From an uncultured Candidatus Saccharibacteria bacterium (GTDB lineage: Bacteria > Patescibacteriota > Doudnabacteria > UBA920), in assembly GCA_964512925.1 (NCBI GenBank), contig CAZEKH010000004.1, forward strand, positions 72,392 through 136,391: a DNA stretch of 64,000 nt, written 5' to 3'. Within the stretch, counting starts at the first letter, position 1. Each line of letters starts with the position of its first letter. Below the pieces are notes generated by a model. The model was not told the DNA's origin. It saw nothing but the letters and a program-made list of their open reading frames with translations, and made no database searches. Below are positions 64,000 to 64,000 of this stretch, piece after piece. The position numbers and the translations under genes are program-made.

Positions 64000-64000
64000 T

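Noticed and set aside
1-64000. UGA recoding (code 25), tRNA/rRNA genes, introns or inteins
   Set aside because: Conserved genes are full length under code 11, TGA ends dut and prfB is present; no cloverleaf, rRNA or intein motifs recognised by eye

Overview
A 64-kb stretch of a small, AT-rich bacterial chromosome read with genetic code 11. It is most likely Patescibacteria/CPR (Parcubacteria-like). That assignment is an inference from scarce Shine-Dalgarno sites, pilin-like 2-TM fusion proteins, GxxExxY/NYN singletons and AT-rich 7-9-mer intergenic repeats. Most of the window is housekeeping: comF, clpC, recX, htpX-lemA, a short secA, gatCAB, miaA, holB, frr, rseP, proS, mreBCD-mrdA, secE-nusG-rplK-rplA, dcd-dut-tmk-thyX, prfB, ftsEX, rplI, pyrG, rpmA, iscS, gltX, def/fmt, mltG, HU, queA and rarA. 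I found no rRNA, tRNA, CRISPR array or transposase. The main non-obvious signals are: (1) an NYN ribonuclease gene met head-on by a promoter-driven, structured ~55-nt antisense RNA, a candidate RNA-antitoxin module; (2) a symmetric 28-bp dif-like site where gene orientation flips, the likely replication terminus; (3) beside it, an operon with two ~93% identical pilin-like anchors carrying different cell-wall hydrolase tips; (4) a 98-bp MITE inserted into the rplI start codon that rebuilt a GTG start; (5) a GxxExxY nuclease cassette bounded by inverted repeats inside lemA-htpX; (6) many REP-like palindromes and short tandem repeats inserted in frame into housekeeping proteins, some nested; (7) a variant CIRCE operator over the clpC -35 box; (8) an active/inactive pair of DEDDh exonucleases, further orphan sRNA candidates, apparently leaderless genes and small ORFs missed by the ORF track, including secE.
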